The position numbers were made by a program, and so were the translations under genes. A stretch of DNA of 63,680 nucleotides, counting the filler, from Asterionella formosa (taxonomy: Eukaryota), in the NCBI GenBank assembly GCA_002256025.1. It is 15 parts of 15 records of this genome, joined end to end, with 100 filler letters (N's around TTAATTAATTAA, not from the genome) between each part and the next. Parts side by side here need not be neighbours in the genome. Positions count along the whole stretch, not along the records: positions 1 to 22,318 come from NKIB01002802.1; positions 22,419 to 44,678 come from NKIB01002805.1; 13 more parts are not named here. One strand, 5' to 3'. The notes under the pieces were generated by a model that searched no databases, was not told the DNA's origin, and saw only the letters and a program-made list of their open reading frames with translations. Positions within the stretch are counted from its first letter, which is position 1. Every line of letters begins with the position of its first letter. Shown in pieces: positions 11,877 through 23,730 of the stretch.

Positions 11877-12875
11877 TCAATTCATTTTATAGGTTTCCTC
11901 CTGCAGAAGAGAAACTTCGTTTTCCTCTGCTTGAAGGAGGGAATTTAGCATGCACATGAAATTATGCATCGCTTTGTCTGTCTCCTCAAAGTAGTATGAG
12001 GTCGTCTGTGCAGTTTGGCAGCCGTCATGATGCACAGCAAAAGGGCCGATTCTTTTATCATTGATACTCCTAGTACTAGGAGGAGGACCAACGTCAATGT
12101 TGGCAACAGCGTGTAAGCTCGTTGTTTTGTCGCATTTTGAATGTGGGGAGACAAAATGAACGAAACTTGAGATGTCCTCGGATGGAATTACTGACGAGGA
12201 AGCTTGCGAACATGAATGAAGAAAAGCGCCACAAGGAGCTTGCGGCAGGGAGTACCGGTAGTCACAGTCGTCCTTGGCGGTCAAAATGTGGGGTGGCGCC
12301 ACTATCACTGCTTCCTCTTTAATTGGTGTATCTAATGAAATTGACCTTGAAGGCTCATAGGAAGAAGGCATCGACAAGATAGGAAGAGGTCGATTATTAG
12401 TGACCTCCTGAGAGGGAAAGACTTCAACTGTAAAACCAGGAAGGTCACTTCCAGAATTAAAATGGTCGATTCTTTGCGCCGCAGGAAACGAGCAGCTCCG
12501 CTTGGATTGATTAAGATTAAGAGTGCCATCCGAGTAGATGTCTCTGAGGGCATGCAAGATCTTGTCGCGGACTACCCTCTTATTTTGTATTTCCACCCAG
12601 CTGTCGTCGCCTCCTCCCTTGTCCCCCTTCTTAAAGAACCGAGCACCAGTGGATCGAACTTCATGAAGGACGGCCTTGACAATTGGTGTCTTGCGTTTTC
12701 TTTGATTACCACATCCATGATACTTCTCCGCATGCATGGCAATGATTGATAGAAATCTTTTGTTGCCTATATGACGGCTTTGCTCACGTCCTTTACCACA
12801 AACGATGTCAAAATCTGTTGGGGATACTCGCGCGACCGTTGTGGTTTTATCGATCGATCTTCTGGAATTCACCAT
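11877..12875 (-). CDS. DUF6824-type domain protein (family expanded in diatoms)
   Basis: DIVCGKG....HIGNKRF..II..HAEKY...RKRK..IVKAVLHEVRSTGARFFK..W..I...VRDKILHALRD, followed by a low-complexity tail. Confidence 0.8.
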   Translation of the reverse strand: MVNSRRSIDKTTTVARVSPTDFDIVCGKGREQSRHIGNKRFLSIIAMHAEKYHGCGNQRKRKTPIVKAVLHEVRSTGARFFKKGDKGGGDDSWVEIQNKRVVRDKILHALRDIYSDGTLNLNQSKRSCSFPAAQRIDHFNSGSDLPGFTVEVFPSQEVTNNRPLPILSMPSSYEPSRSISLDTPIKEEAVIVAPPHILTAKDDCDYRYSLPQAPCGAFLHSCSQASSSVIPSEDISSFVHFVSPHSKCDKTTSLHAVANIDVGPPPSTRSINDKRIGPFAVHHDGCQTAQTTSYYFEETDKAMHNFMCMLNSLLQAEENEVSLLQEETYKMN

Positions 12876-14159
12876 GCTTACCTCCCTAGCTACTCCAGAG
12901 TTGATTCTTTTTTATGGTGGTATTTTTTGGCAGCGTTCGAGAACCAATGCCGATGGTCTGCATGAAATTTGTGATTTCAGGATGAGTTCAGTAATAAAGT
13001 GATGAAAATTCTTCACATCAAAATAGAAACACTGTTCTACATACGCGGGCTTCACCTATCAACATTTATTTAGGCATAAATTTGAATGGGATAATTTTGT
13101 CAAATCAAGCAAACATTGATTGACCTCGTGGAAGTACCGGTAATGCCTTCTTGTTCCAAAAATAATTAACATATGTACAAAAATGAATACCGGTATATGT
13201 CGTACCGGTGTGCGTCAGAGAATTTCTGTTGAAGAAGAAATGTCATACCAGGCCCTGGGAAAGTGCCATGCATGGACTCATTCTACGGGTGGGTTCTCAC
13301 TCTGCCTACACAGCTACCGGTGGTCTAAAATCCCTTTTCTAAAAATACCTGGTACCCTGGTACCCTGGTACCTATAAACCAGGAAATGTTAACGCAGGAT
13401 GGTAACAGGTACCAGTACCAGGTACCAGGTACGTTGCATAGCATAGCATAAATATGACTCAATGTAAATTGTTGCATATTATTAACCAATCCATCTATCA
13501 TTTACATACATAGCAAACGTTATTGAAATCAAAAAGCACTACTACTTATGTAGAAACTAATCTAGCTTAATGGATCTGACATTCAGGGATAGTGAGGCTA
13601 TGTCCACTAAGCAACCTGCTGCCTCATTACCTACATACACTATGATTCAATTATTGACATCTAGGACTAATATTTTGCCAACTAAGAGGCATTTCTACAT
13701 CGTCAGACTGCTTACTACAATATCTGATCTTGACATACTTACCGGGGTCGCATACATTGATTCCCTAATGTCTGGTTAAGGGGTCCCCTAGACGAAACCA
13801 AGGCTTATTCTTGTACCAGCCAGGTTAACTCATAAGTAGTAGTCCCTTATTACCAAAGCTACTAGGTTTAAACTTAACAAAGAAAGTAGTGAATGAAGAA
13901 GACTACCCAGCAACGGTAAAACCACCAAATGGTGTATGCAGTCGCAAGGGTTCTTGAATGAACCTCCAAGACTAGAACCAGCCAGCAAGCAAATATAGAT
14001 TAAGAAACAATCACTTCACTCTTTAAATATACCTTGAACTCATTGTGGCTTGATCAGTAGAATAGCACAGGCAAGTATAAGTATTAAACACTGCACCCAT
14101 AGTAACATACATTTGTTGATGTGTCCCGCTCCACCGCAATAACCTGAAGGGATTCTGTC

Positions 14160-14760
14160 AGACAATAATTAGCCTATATGGGGAGAGCATTTTAGGGCGC
14201 CTACAAAGGAGGACGACACCGTTATTATACTTAATTTGGATGAGTCTAATGGATGGTCCAGTCTTCTAGCTAGGATTGCGAAAATACACCTCATAGGAGC
14301 TTGTGGCTCAGAAATGGTCTTGAAAAATATAAGCTGATCAGGGAAGATTCCATCAAAAAAATAATAGCTCAAATTGTGTTGAATGTTGTTAATTGTATAC
14401 GTGATAGCATTATCCTCCCATTTGTGGTTAGGTTGCTTGTGGGAGAAGCAAGGGACAAGATAAATCTAAATGTTCACATCATGGTTTGCACCTAACATAC
14501 CCATGCATCCTAGAACCAAAGCCCAAAATCAACAGCTGGCTGCCCCCCCCCTGTGCAACAATGGCAACATCCTATTCACCTTGCTTGGAGTGCTCTTTTG
14601 TGTACCTTGGGAAAGGTTTCCACTCCCACTAATAAATTACGTCTCAATGTCCTAGAACACTGGGACAACCCTTAGACTGATGTAAATGAAGTATAAAACC
14701 GTGTCATCCTCCTTTGTAGGCGCCCTGAAATGCTCTACCCATTTAGGCTAATTTTTGTCT
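14160..14760. mobile_element. MITE/foldback-like element, about 600 bp, with imperfect terminal inverted repeats of about 110 bp
   Basis: 14160-14270 is the reverse complement of 14651-14760 (core AGGGCGCCTACAAAGGAGGA / TCCTCCTTTGTAGGCGCCCT). No TSD was identified. Confidence 0.7.
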
Positions 14761-15460
14761 TAATTCTCCTCCAATGAATATTGAATTGAACTGGGAGGGG
14801 TGGTTAGTCAATGGCTGTTTTGGGCGAGTGTATTTAGGTGGCTCTTGACGACTTCTTGGCAGACTATTAAGGACAGAAGTAGTGACTAAATAACTCGCCT
14901 AGTCTCCTCAATGAGATCACAGTGCAGATAGTAGAGTGTATTTGAATAGTATATGGGCAGTAGTGAAGCATTAGACAGTTCTCATATTGTCAATGTTGTC
15001 AGATGTTTTGAGTGGTAATAGGTGGGCTATTTTGTGGAAATGAATGGACGAGTGGAGGCAATAAGTTATTCCAAGATAGCCACCAAGGCTTATGTGTAAA
15101 GTGGAGTGAATGTATTGCAACTTGTTGTTTGGATGAACTGATTGCTGTGAAAATGGATCAGGCCATGGATTGGATAGTATTAGCTGAAGCAACACAACAA
15201 CTAGGTAATAGGTAGATGCTCAGAATAAGCTTATAAAATAAATCATAGGTGCATTTGTTGTCACCTTTGTTGTTCTTAAATGGACATCTCAGAAAAACTA
15301 TGTGTTAATGCAGCTAGATCTAGACAGGCCCTTTTACATATGCCTATGAAGGATTAGCGAAGGACTATAACCAGATGGTTGAAATGTTATGATTGGAAAT
15401 CAAAAAATTAGAGCAATACACGTCAATGATAGAATGAGCCACTCATGGAATGAAGTCAAC

Positions 15461-16198
15461 TTATGACAAGAGGTCAAGCAATGGGACAACTGGAGTTTGA
15501 ACTGGGGGTACATAGGAATGCTCCTGGATTGAATGGCCCTGTAGCTGGGATTGATATGCTATCTCTGGCTCTGTTGGATACAAAGGTTGTTGTGGAAAGG
15601 GTGGTACAGCATGTTGTGGTGGCTCTGACATATGCTGGGCATCAAACTCCTGTCGAGATTCTTGTCGATTCGAAGTCGATGCATGAAAGTTGGGTCGGCC
15701 GCCAGGTAGCACATATTGCCCTGAAGGAGGAAGCGAATTCCCATTTTTTACCTGCTTCTCATATAGAACAACCGCACAACTATTGGGTAAATCAGGAACT
15801 CCTCCCTCCGCATGTCTCCTCTCAATCGTCAACATGGAATCCGGGCGTCGATTCCATCGCATGTACAAATGCGGGTGTTCTTCGTTAAAGATTTCAATGC
15901 ATTCCTTCATGAGTCTCTTTCGCTTCTTTGTCAACTTGTTGTGCCTAACACCCCAAAAAGCTAGGGGAACAATGAAGACTCCAAGACCCAGCAAGGCAGT
16001 GTCAGCCGTTGTTTGGCGAGCTGGTTTGATAGCTGTGTTGATTTGGGTAATCGCATCTTTATACTCTGTGCCCGTCATGAGGTCGTGAAGCTTGACGTTG
16101 TATGGATCACTTTCGAATTTGAAATCAAAGCCCCCGTTGGCAGGGCGTTGAGGCACTACAATGCGAACTTGTTGCTTCGTCTGAATAAACGATGTCAT
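15461..16198 (-). CDS. Golgin subfamily A member 7 / ERF4-like palmitoyltransferase accessory protein with a Pro/Gln-rich tail
   Basis: KFESDPY..KLHDLMTGTEYKDAITQIN, a hydrophobic segment, then ..IEIFNEE.. resembles the Erf4 domain. The first ATG is at 16198. Confidence 0.65.
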   Translation of the reverse strand: MTSFIQTKQQVRIVVPQRPANGGFDFKFESDPYNVKLHDLMTGTEYKDAITQINTAIKPARQTTADTALLGLGVFIVPLAFWGVRHNKLTKKRKRLMKECIEIFNEEHPHLYMRWNRRPDSMLTIERRHAEGGVPDLPNSCAVVLYEKQVKNGNSLPPSGQYVLPGGRPNFHASTSNRQESRQEFDAQHMSEPPQHAVPPFPQQPLYPTEPEIAYQSQLQGHSIQEHSYVPPVQTPVVPLLDLLS

Positions 16199-19100
16199 GA
16201 TGATCAACTCCACGAATGAATGGATTGATGTTCCACAGTATCCTAGCTTTAAGATTGATTACTAATGAGAATAACCAGCTTCTGACTTTTATGTGCTTCT
16301 ATGCGACAGCTGCAGACTTTTGCTTCACTGAGGCACCAAAGTAAGAAATTACATCAGGTGCTGCAGTCAAAGACAGAAATCATAAAATATATTTCGACGG
16401 TTTTTCCCTATCGTGTGAAACGAAACAAACAAGACCGGCGCACCCGTGATAAGTTGCGGTACCTGGTACCTGATACTCATAATACATTCGAATATTTCGA
16501 GTTTGCTTCCTCCGGGTTAAATTTTTACCGACACAATATAACGTTATATCAATATGTAGGATATATGGATATGTCTATGTAGCTATGTATGCATGTGGCG
16601 GGAAGGGGAGTCACTTCTCGAAAAATTGTAAATGATTCTGTACTGTTTATATATCATACATATATGTATTTTATACTCTTATCGGTATGTTTATGAATTA
16701 CCACACACATGGAGCTGTTGCGATGTACAATTAGGATTCGGATGTTGTTTCAACTACAACTGAAAATTTGTATACTGCTCCTCAATCTCTCCTCCTGACT
16801 TGGCTTCTCCAAGAAATTTGGGGCATTGTTTTTGGTTCAGCAGACTGGGATCTCACTCAAATCAATGACTTGCTAGTAAGCACTTTCTGGGTGCCTTCAT
16901 CCAATATCAAAATCCCACACACAACGTGCTTACCAGCTAGCTAATCATTAGATTGAGGAAGTTCGTAAATTTGATACTCAGCACAATCGAATTGTATACA
17001 TCATGATGGTAAAATAGGCAATAGTAAAATCCACTGTAAATTGACAGAACTGTAAGTTGAAATGATGAACATGATTGGCAAACTGTGAACTGTGGATCAA
17101 ATAAGTTGCTTCTTGGTATGTGCATTTGCAGGGTTTACTGATACCTGACCCATGTATATTCATTACACTTGGGTCATTGTTGCCTTGTTTGTTGCTTCAT
17201 CATGATCCTTATGATCATTCCTCTGCTGTAGTTTTGTCCTTTCACATACACTCAACATTGTTGGGTGATACCAAGGTAAATGGTAGATTCGAGAATTAAA
17301 AAATCCGCTGAATGCTGATGAGACCTTGACAGAGGCAAGGTGAACTCTTGTTAATAGTCCGAACAATTCCTTGGAGTAGGCTGATTGATTGGTTTGCTGT
17401 GTTGCCATTCAAAACTTCAACTAACTCTCCCTCTTTATGAATCTCTGTTAGTTGGCGGTATTTGTGATTTCTTGAAGAGTGACGGAATGGGAGAGGACTT
17501 CTGATGAATGGAACAGAAAGTGGATGATGCAGCCATGATTTAATTGCACCCAAGAAAACAAGGAACCAGCATGAGTTGCAATTTCCAGGTGGCCAGATTT
17601 GGGAGGTGCTGCTGGAGGGTAGTATTACATCCACCAAAGAATGTTCTTGTTGTACCTTCTATGTGATCAAAAATGGATTTGGCTGCATCCAACAGTCTAC
17701 CAATCAACCTATCCATAATCCTTATGAACTGACTAGAATGGGGGTGATTCATGGATGCTCTATAAAGATAGTGGCAATCCCATTCATCATTCCAATAGTC
17801 TCTAATTGACTAGCAACTGTTGTTAGGATATTGGCCTCATCCATGTTATATAAGTAGTTATAGTCGTCATGCATCCGGTGCAACCATCATTGATGATGGT
17901 GCTCAGTGTTGCATGATGCATGATTGCCTTGCCTATCCATTACCTCAGAGAGGGGTGTCCAAATACCAATCAGCATATGGCAACTAATAAAATGATTGAT
18001 CGGTTTACTATACTAGGAAAAGATGGACAACAATCTCCTTTAAGTATTCACTCCTACTACTGGTTTCCATTCCGGACATACCGGAAGAAAATTCTATTGA
18101 CAGGTCAAGTGCTCCATGTGGATTCGAAAATTGAGTATCATCAGTTACAAGGAGTTCAAAAATTGGATTGATGATCAATTTTAGTTAGCTATGTTTTCAC
18201 AGTCATCGAGTACTTCTTGTCGTGTGCAGGTAGGACTTTTTGCTCTGGTATATCCCCATTTGGAACATATAGTAGAAGCCTCGTCCTTAAAGGATGCAAT
18301 TGATTTAGCTCGTCCATCTTTTCAATACAAAGTAAAATACTATTCAATAGCATTAATAGTAGAAATATCGAACCCCTTGCATACTAGCTCGACTAGTAGC
18401 ATTGTTGTTTACGTGGTAGCAATGGCAATCAATCTATTGCCTCCACCATATTGGTTGCACACCAGATGATCGACTATTACAGCTAAAAATGGAAAGAGCT
18501 CAAATAACTACAAGTGCTCGTCAATTCATTGGAATGCTTCTATATTCATAGAGCATCTAAGCATTGCTCCTGCTCCCATGCATTCCAGTGAGTTTGGTAA
18601 CTAGTTTTGATTGCTGACCGATTGATGAATCTAATCATGCCATTCTTTGTCATCCCCTTTGATAGCTCATCCATGCGAAGATTCCATATAAATTCGATAA
18701 CACTTCTACAACGAAGGAGATCCTGAAAGCCCCAAACCTTTCCTTGTTGCTTGATGACCGGCACCTGCCTGAGTAGTACCAGTTACACAGAAGCATGGCA
18801 GCCCACCAATGTTGCCTCCAAATTATTTTTCCATTCCACATCTCGAAAATGAACGTGTGTCAACAATGATCTCCCCATGGCATCTCAAAAGCAACTATCT
18901 ATCAGAGATTCAAGGACAGAGAAGAGGTGGCAACAACAATCAGCAATCAGCTGATTTGCTTTCAACTTACACCAGCCAAGTTGACAAGCAACTGCCCTAC
19001 ACAAGAACAACTTTCATCCATGTTAGCATAGTCAGCCCAAAAGATATTTCTCTATCCCAATTCAACAGTTACCTTCGATGGGGTATCACAGCAATGTTGG

Positions 19101-20269
19101 AAGAATGTGCTGCTCAAGTGCAAGTATCACCAGAGGACAACACATGATGATTCCATGTTGTGTTTGACAGTAAATATTTATGATTTTCATAGTACCTGTC
19201 TAAATCTATTGAGGAGAAAATCATAGACAAATTTTTACTAATTTGCATACTAGCATTCTTATACTGTAATCCAAATTTCGATTCAAGATGATGTGTGCAG
19301 TGGTATAAAAGCTTTCTTTGATGGTGATATAACTTCATAAAAGGAATAGAATTTGTTGAAGCATTTTCAGGGATGCATCCTGTGGCTACAGGGTGGGTGC
19401 TCAATAAATGCTGACCAGAAATTCCATACTTTTGACAAAAACATAATCAAGGTACCTGAACAAGACCACCCAATTTCTCGTATTCTCAAAATTAGGAGCA
19501 TATTTAGGGGACTAGCTAGCATACAAATCTCAAGTCTAAAGGCCGAAATGGCTGTGATATAAGTGTCCCAGCACCTGAATCCTATCTGCACAAATCAAAT
19601 TCTCTGTGACTATCATGTAGTAAAATCCATGCTTTATACATTGCACCACCTTCTTCAACCACACACATGGCCATTTGATAGTCAACTGCATAATGCTTCA
19701 TATTTTGAAATATACTGTAGCAAGGGGTTATGCGAAATGAATGAATATGGTTACAAATGGTAGGCTGACACTGTTCCATCTACTTGTATACTGGTATGTT
19801 GAATTCTTTGGCTGTCTTACAGTGCATCCTAGACAAGTGCAGTGTAGTACTAAAACCTTCTGTTCCAATCCCACCTTATTACAAGTGTATTGTATGCTAT
19901 GTATAGAACATTTTTCCATTTGAATGTTTACCATGGTTTGCTGATTTACTAACTCTTGGCAATTGATGGTTTCCCAATAAATTCTTCATCTCAATATGGG
20001 ATTTTGGCTGGAATATTTATTCTTCTTCAAGATTGATTAGTTTGACTGATCTAATATGCATGAAATACTAAATCTTGACATAATCATACTACCAATCATC
20101 CAAGGAAAAATCTATGACAATTATTGGTTCCAGAATCTTGGTGTCTCATAGATGGTCTGACTATAACTATCACAGTCATGTGTTTGCAGGAAGTATATTC
20201 AACTAGCCATTTAAGTAAATGAGTGTAAGCTGGCTCATTGTTTGGTTGCAAGTCTTATCTAGCATATTA

Positions 20270-21141
20270 TTAGTTATTTGACTCTCGGACAGCAATGCCA
20301 CGGCCCTTGACATCTGACCCATCCAAAGCATCAATTGCCTTTTGACCATCCTCCTTGTTTCGCATCGTCACAAAGGCGAATCCTCTTGATCTACCAGTTT
20401 CATCAAGCACCATACTGACATCTCCAACAGGACCGACTTGGCCAAAGATGTCCATGAGATCTTCTTCCGAACATTCAAAGGAAACATTACCCACATAAAG
20501 CTTGCAATCCCCCTGGAAATTAGCAGCCTTTCCCTCTTCGAGATTGAGCTTGATGCGCACCACATCATGATCAGGCAAGGGAACCATCTGAAAACCGTCC
20601 TTCTTGTACATTATGCGATCCTTGGATTGAAACCAAGTGTGGCTGCAGACTACACACTCAAGACGACTAAAAATATGTAAAATGTGGATGAAACAACCCC
20701 ATGGTGACGAAATCAAATTGGTGAGAAAAAAAATATAAATATGAATGAATTTGACGCGAAAGAATATTTTCATGAGGAATCAATCAAGTCACATTGAAAC
20801 TTCAACAAAACTCACCGTCCCTTACTTCGCGCATCACCAAGATCATCTAAAGTGATACTATAAGTACTTTGACATCGTCCGCACTTGACATAAGAGTCTG
20901 GGAATTCCAAAGAAACTCCGTATTCTGCTTGCTTCGAACCAGCCAACGATGCAGCAGCAACAGTAGGTTCTACAGGAACAGAAGTTTCCGTGGTCACGAG
21001 AAATCCTTCCTCTACTGATGATGGCTCCGGAGTCGAACAAAGCGGTGATTGCTTCCATTGGCTGATGCCAACAAAAGATGGCGCCGGCGTGAACGATGCC
21101 GAAAGAGGGAGCAAGCCCAATAACAGTGAAATAGCCTTCAT
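20270..21141 (-). CDS. Plastid-targeted Zn-ribbon + RRM RNA-binding protein; exons 21141-20816 and 20666-20270
   Basis: Signal peptide plus SASFTPAP. A GTGAG..TTTTAG phase-2 intron joins CGRC..GR to RLECVVCSHTW. RNP2 is LYVGNV and RNP1 is RGFAFVTM. Confidence 0.88.
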
Positions 21142-21866
21142 TGTATTATACAAGGTGTGCGTTCAGGAGTCAAACAGATAAACAACAACAGCGGAAAATG
21201 GCTTCCTCAACAACTGCAATGAATTTAGTTGAGGATAGAATTGGGTTTAGAAAATTACATTTATGGTGATGGTTGTCGTCCGCCTTATTGTATATTTCTT
21301 AGACTATCAGTATTTCTAGATCTACAATAGTATTTTGTTACGCATTTTGCACTGTTTTCGTTCACCCCGACGTCAAACGATTTTCCAAACAAGCAGTGAG
21401 TGGATGGTTCCAGCAGTCGCTGATCTGGCTAATGACAAGACGGAACGTACCAGGACAAACCATCATCATCAGCAAGCAAGGAAAGCACAAGCAAGGCCTG
21501 GTCAAGATGCAATTTAGTTAGCTCAGTTTCGCCATGAGTAGTGTGACCTGCGTACCAATTCCCCACGACAACGTCGATTCGCTGAGGATGCCGAGGTGGT
21601 GCTGTCGTGCTTTTATTTTATCATAGTATATTTATCTATATTTATATGATGCCACTTGTTGGTACCATATACCGGTTACTCCGTATATCCTACCAAGATT
21701 CCTGTAAGTGCTTAATTCCCGTGAGTACTGGTCCCTCTACAGCTAGTTAAATACTACTTTAGAATCTCAGTTCCTTGTTAATGTAGCTGCCGCTGGCATC
21801 CGTTGCAAGCGTTTCTCCCTCTCAACACACACAGGTTACTGATCCCTTACCAGACTTCCCTCCATC

Positions 21867-22318
21867 ATGCGATCTCCATCGCCTCATGATGCCAATGACA
21901 CTGATGCAGCTGCATTCAGTGGCGAATTGGCTGCATGGCAACAACACAATGCTGGTGCATTATTTCCCCATCCCCATGGTGAACTTTTGGTGGCACCGCT
22001 TAACCCTAACCCTAACCCTAACCCTAACCCTAACCAGAACCCTAACCAGAACCCTAACCCTACCTGCCATCACCAGTTCTCCACTAATGCTCAACTTCCG
22101 CATTTTGTCCCGCCCTCATCATCCGAGTTCGCTATGGACCCCCGCACGTCTGCGCCTCCTCTTCGCTATTCAGCCCCGTATTCTATGAGTCCCTACCCAC
22201 CACCCCATATTTCACCCCGGGCTCTGCCTTCGGCTTCCCCGGCATCCTATCTACACCTTTCTGACCATGCCTCTGCCTGGTCTGCCCTTTCCGGCCCTTC
22301 CTCCCACTCCCACAGCTC
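21867..22318 (+). other. Pro/Ser/His-rich ORF running into a gap; possibly a retrotransposon gag N-terminus
   Basis: Open frame from the ATG at 21867 to the gap, low complexity, no diagnostic motif. The gag suggestion rests on composition only. Confidence 0.3.
22001..22062 (+). repeat. Interstitial telomere-like (TAACCC)n array
   Basis: TAACCC x5 followed by TAACCA GAACCC TAACCA GAACCC TAACCC. Confidence 0.85.
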
Positions 22319-22418
22319 NNNNNNNNNNNNNNNNNNNNNNNNNNNNNNNNNNNNNNNNNNNNTTAATTAATTAANNNNNNNNNNNNNNNNNNNNNNNNNN
22401 NNNNNNNNNNNNNNNNNN

Positions 22419-22684
22419 AAGTATTTCAAATAATTATGTAAAGTATTTCAAATAATTATGTGAAGTATTTCAAATAATTATGTGAAGGTGATCACGTAAT
22501 ATAGTGATGATCAGGAATGCATGCATGATACTCTGATCAAATAATGAACGTGATGTATTCAGATAATATATAGATATATTCAAGTAAGCATTTTGATGTA
22601 TTCAACTAATTCATGTGATCCATTCAAAATCAACTAGGCTTATTTACGTGATGGTCACTTCACGTAATACGCGGCTTAGATGTA
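22419..22684. mobile_element. Right end of a TA-flanked TIR element with subterminal 22-bp tandem repeats
   Basis: AAGTATTTCAAATAATTATGT(A/G) occurs three times at 22419-22484. The terminus CGTAATACGCGGCTTAGATG|TA matches the inverse of TA|CATCTAAGACGCGAAATACG at 46833. Confidence 0.55.
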
Positions 22685-23730
22685 GTACAAAGACAAAATT
22701 CCTTTCTGCACTTCCTTTTGTGCCAGAAAAATCATACTGATTTTAAATGAAGATTATAGATTCAATTTATTTGTACTCAAACCCAGCAAATTTTGAGCAA
22801 TCACGCTGATCCAAAAGTCGTTCAAAGCGGCATTTCCAATGGTCGCCATATCGTTAGGGGAAATTCCGAGCTCCTTGATAGGCCGCACATGCATAGGAGT
22901 TGGGGCAACCCACTATTTCCTGCAGACCAGCCAGGCAAGACTGCACGGGATGGCAAGGATTATGGGAGTCGAACCCAACAATTGCTTCTCAAGAAGACTC
23001 ATCAGGATGATATCTTGATTTGCAATCATTGTCAAATATTTCAAGCATTTAATTTCAATCCTATTGGAGTGGTACAGCCATGCATATTCATCCATTATTC
23101 AGAGATGGAGAAAACCAATTTAAAATTTTTATCGGGGTGTGAAAGGAATCGTCATTCATACAGTGCTGGGCTGTGTCAATGAGTATGACAGATATATAAA
23201 TATTTCAAATGGAATCATTCCTATTCATATATGTCACAGAAACAATTCCTAATTCCACTGAAATTAATTTTTATGATGCTTTCGCAAATTTTTAATTTTG
23301 CTTAGTTTTTAAATGCAAGAACCTCCCCAGTGTGTGTGGAAGTTAGCACTGTTTCATGATATTGGATACTGAGTCAAGGAGTTTTGAGAAAATTATTTTG
23401 TCTTAAAAAAGAATTGACATCATTACTGATTAACAGTTATTGAAAAACCTTTAAATCATGAACATTTTCAATTCCAAAGGATCATGTTGTATGCATTGTC
23501 ATAAAAATATTAACCCTATCCCAATACCGGCCATATTATTTATTTGCGAATGGAAAAATATGGCACGGTAGGTTCCGGGAATACCTGCGCCCATGACATG
23601 CACCGGTAGAATACCGTAGCGTTGTCTTACATAGAAGCGCATCATTGTACATTAGGTTAAGACTGGGTGAGGATGCAGCCGCAAATTTCATCCTTTGAAA
23701 TCCTCACGCAAATCAAAATAACCTTCCACC

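Noticed and set aside
16800..20200. Long CpG-poor tract with many short ORFs, possibly a decayed transposon
   Set aside because: No diagnostic motif or termini recognised; needs a translated search. The same applies to about 4900-6350 and 22790-23180.
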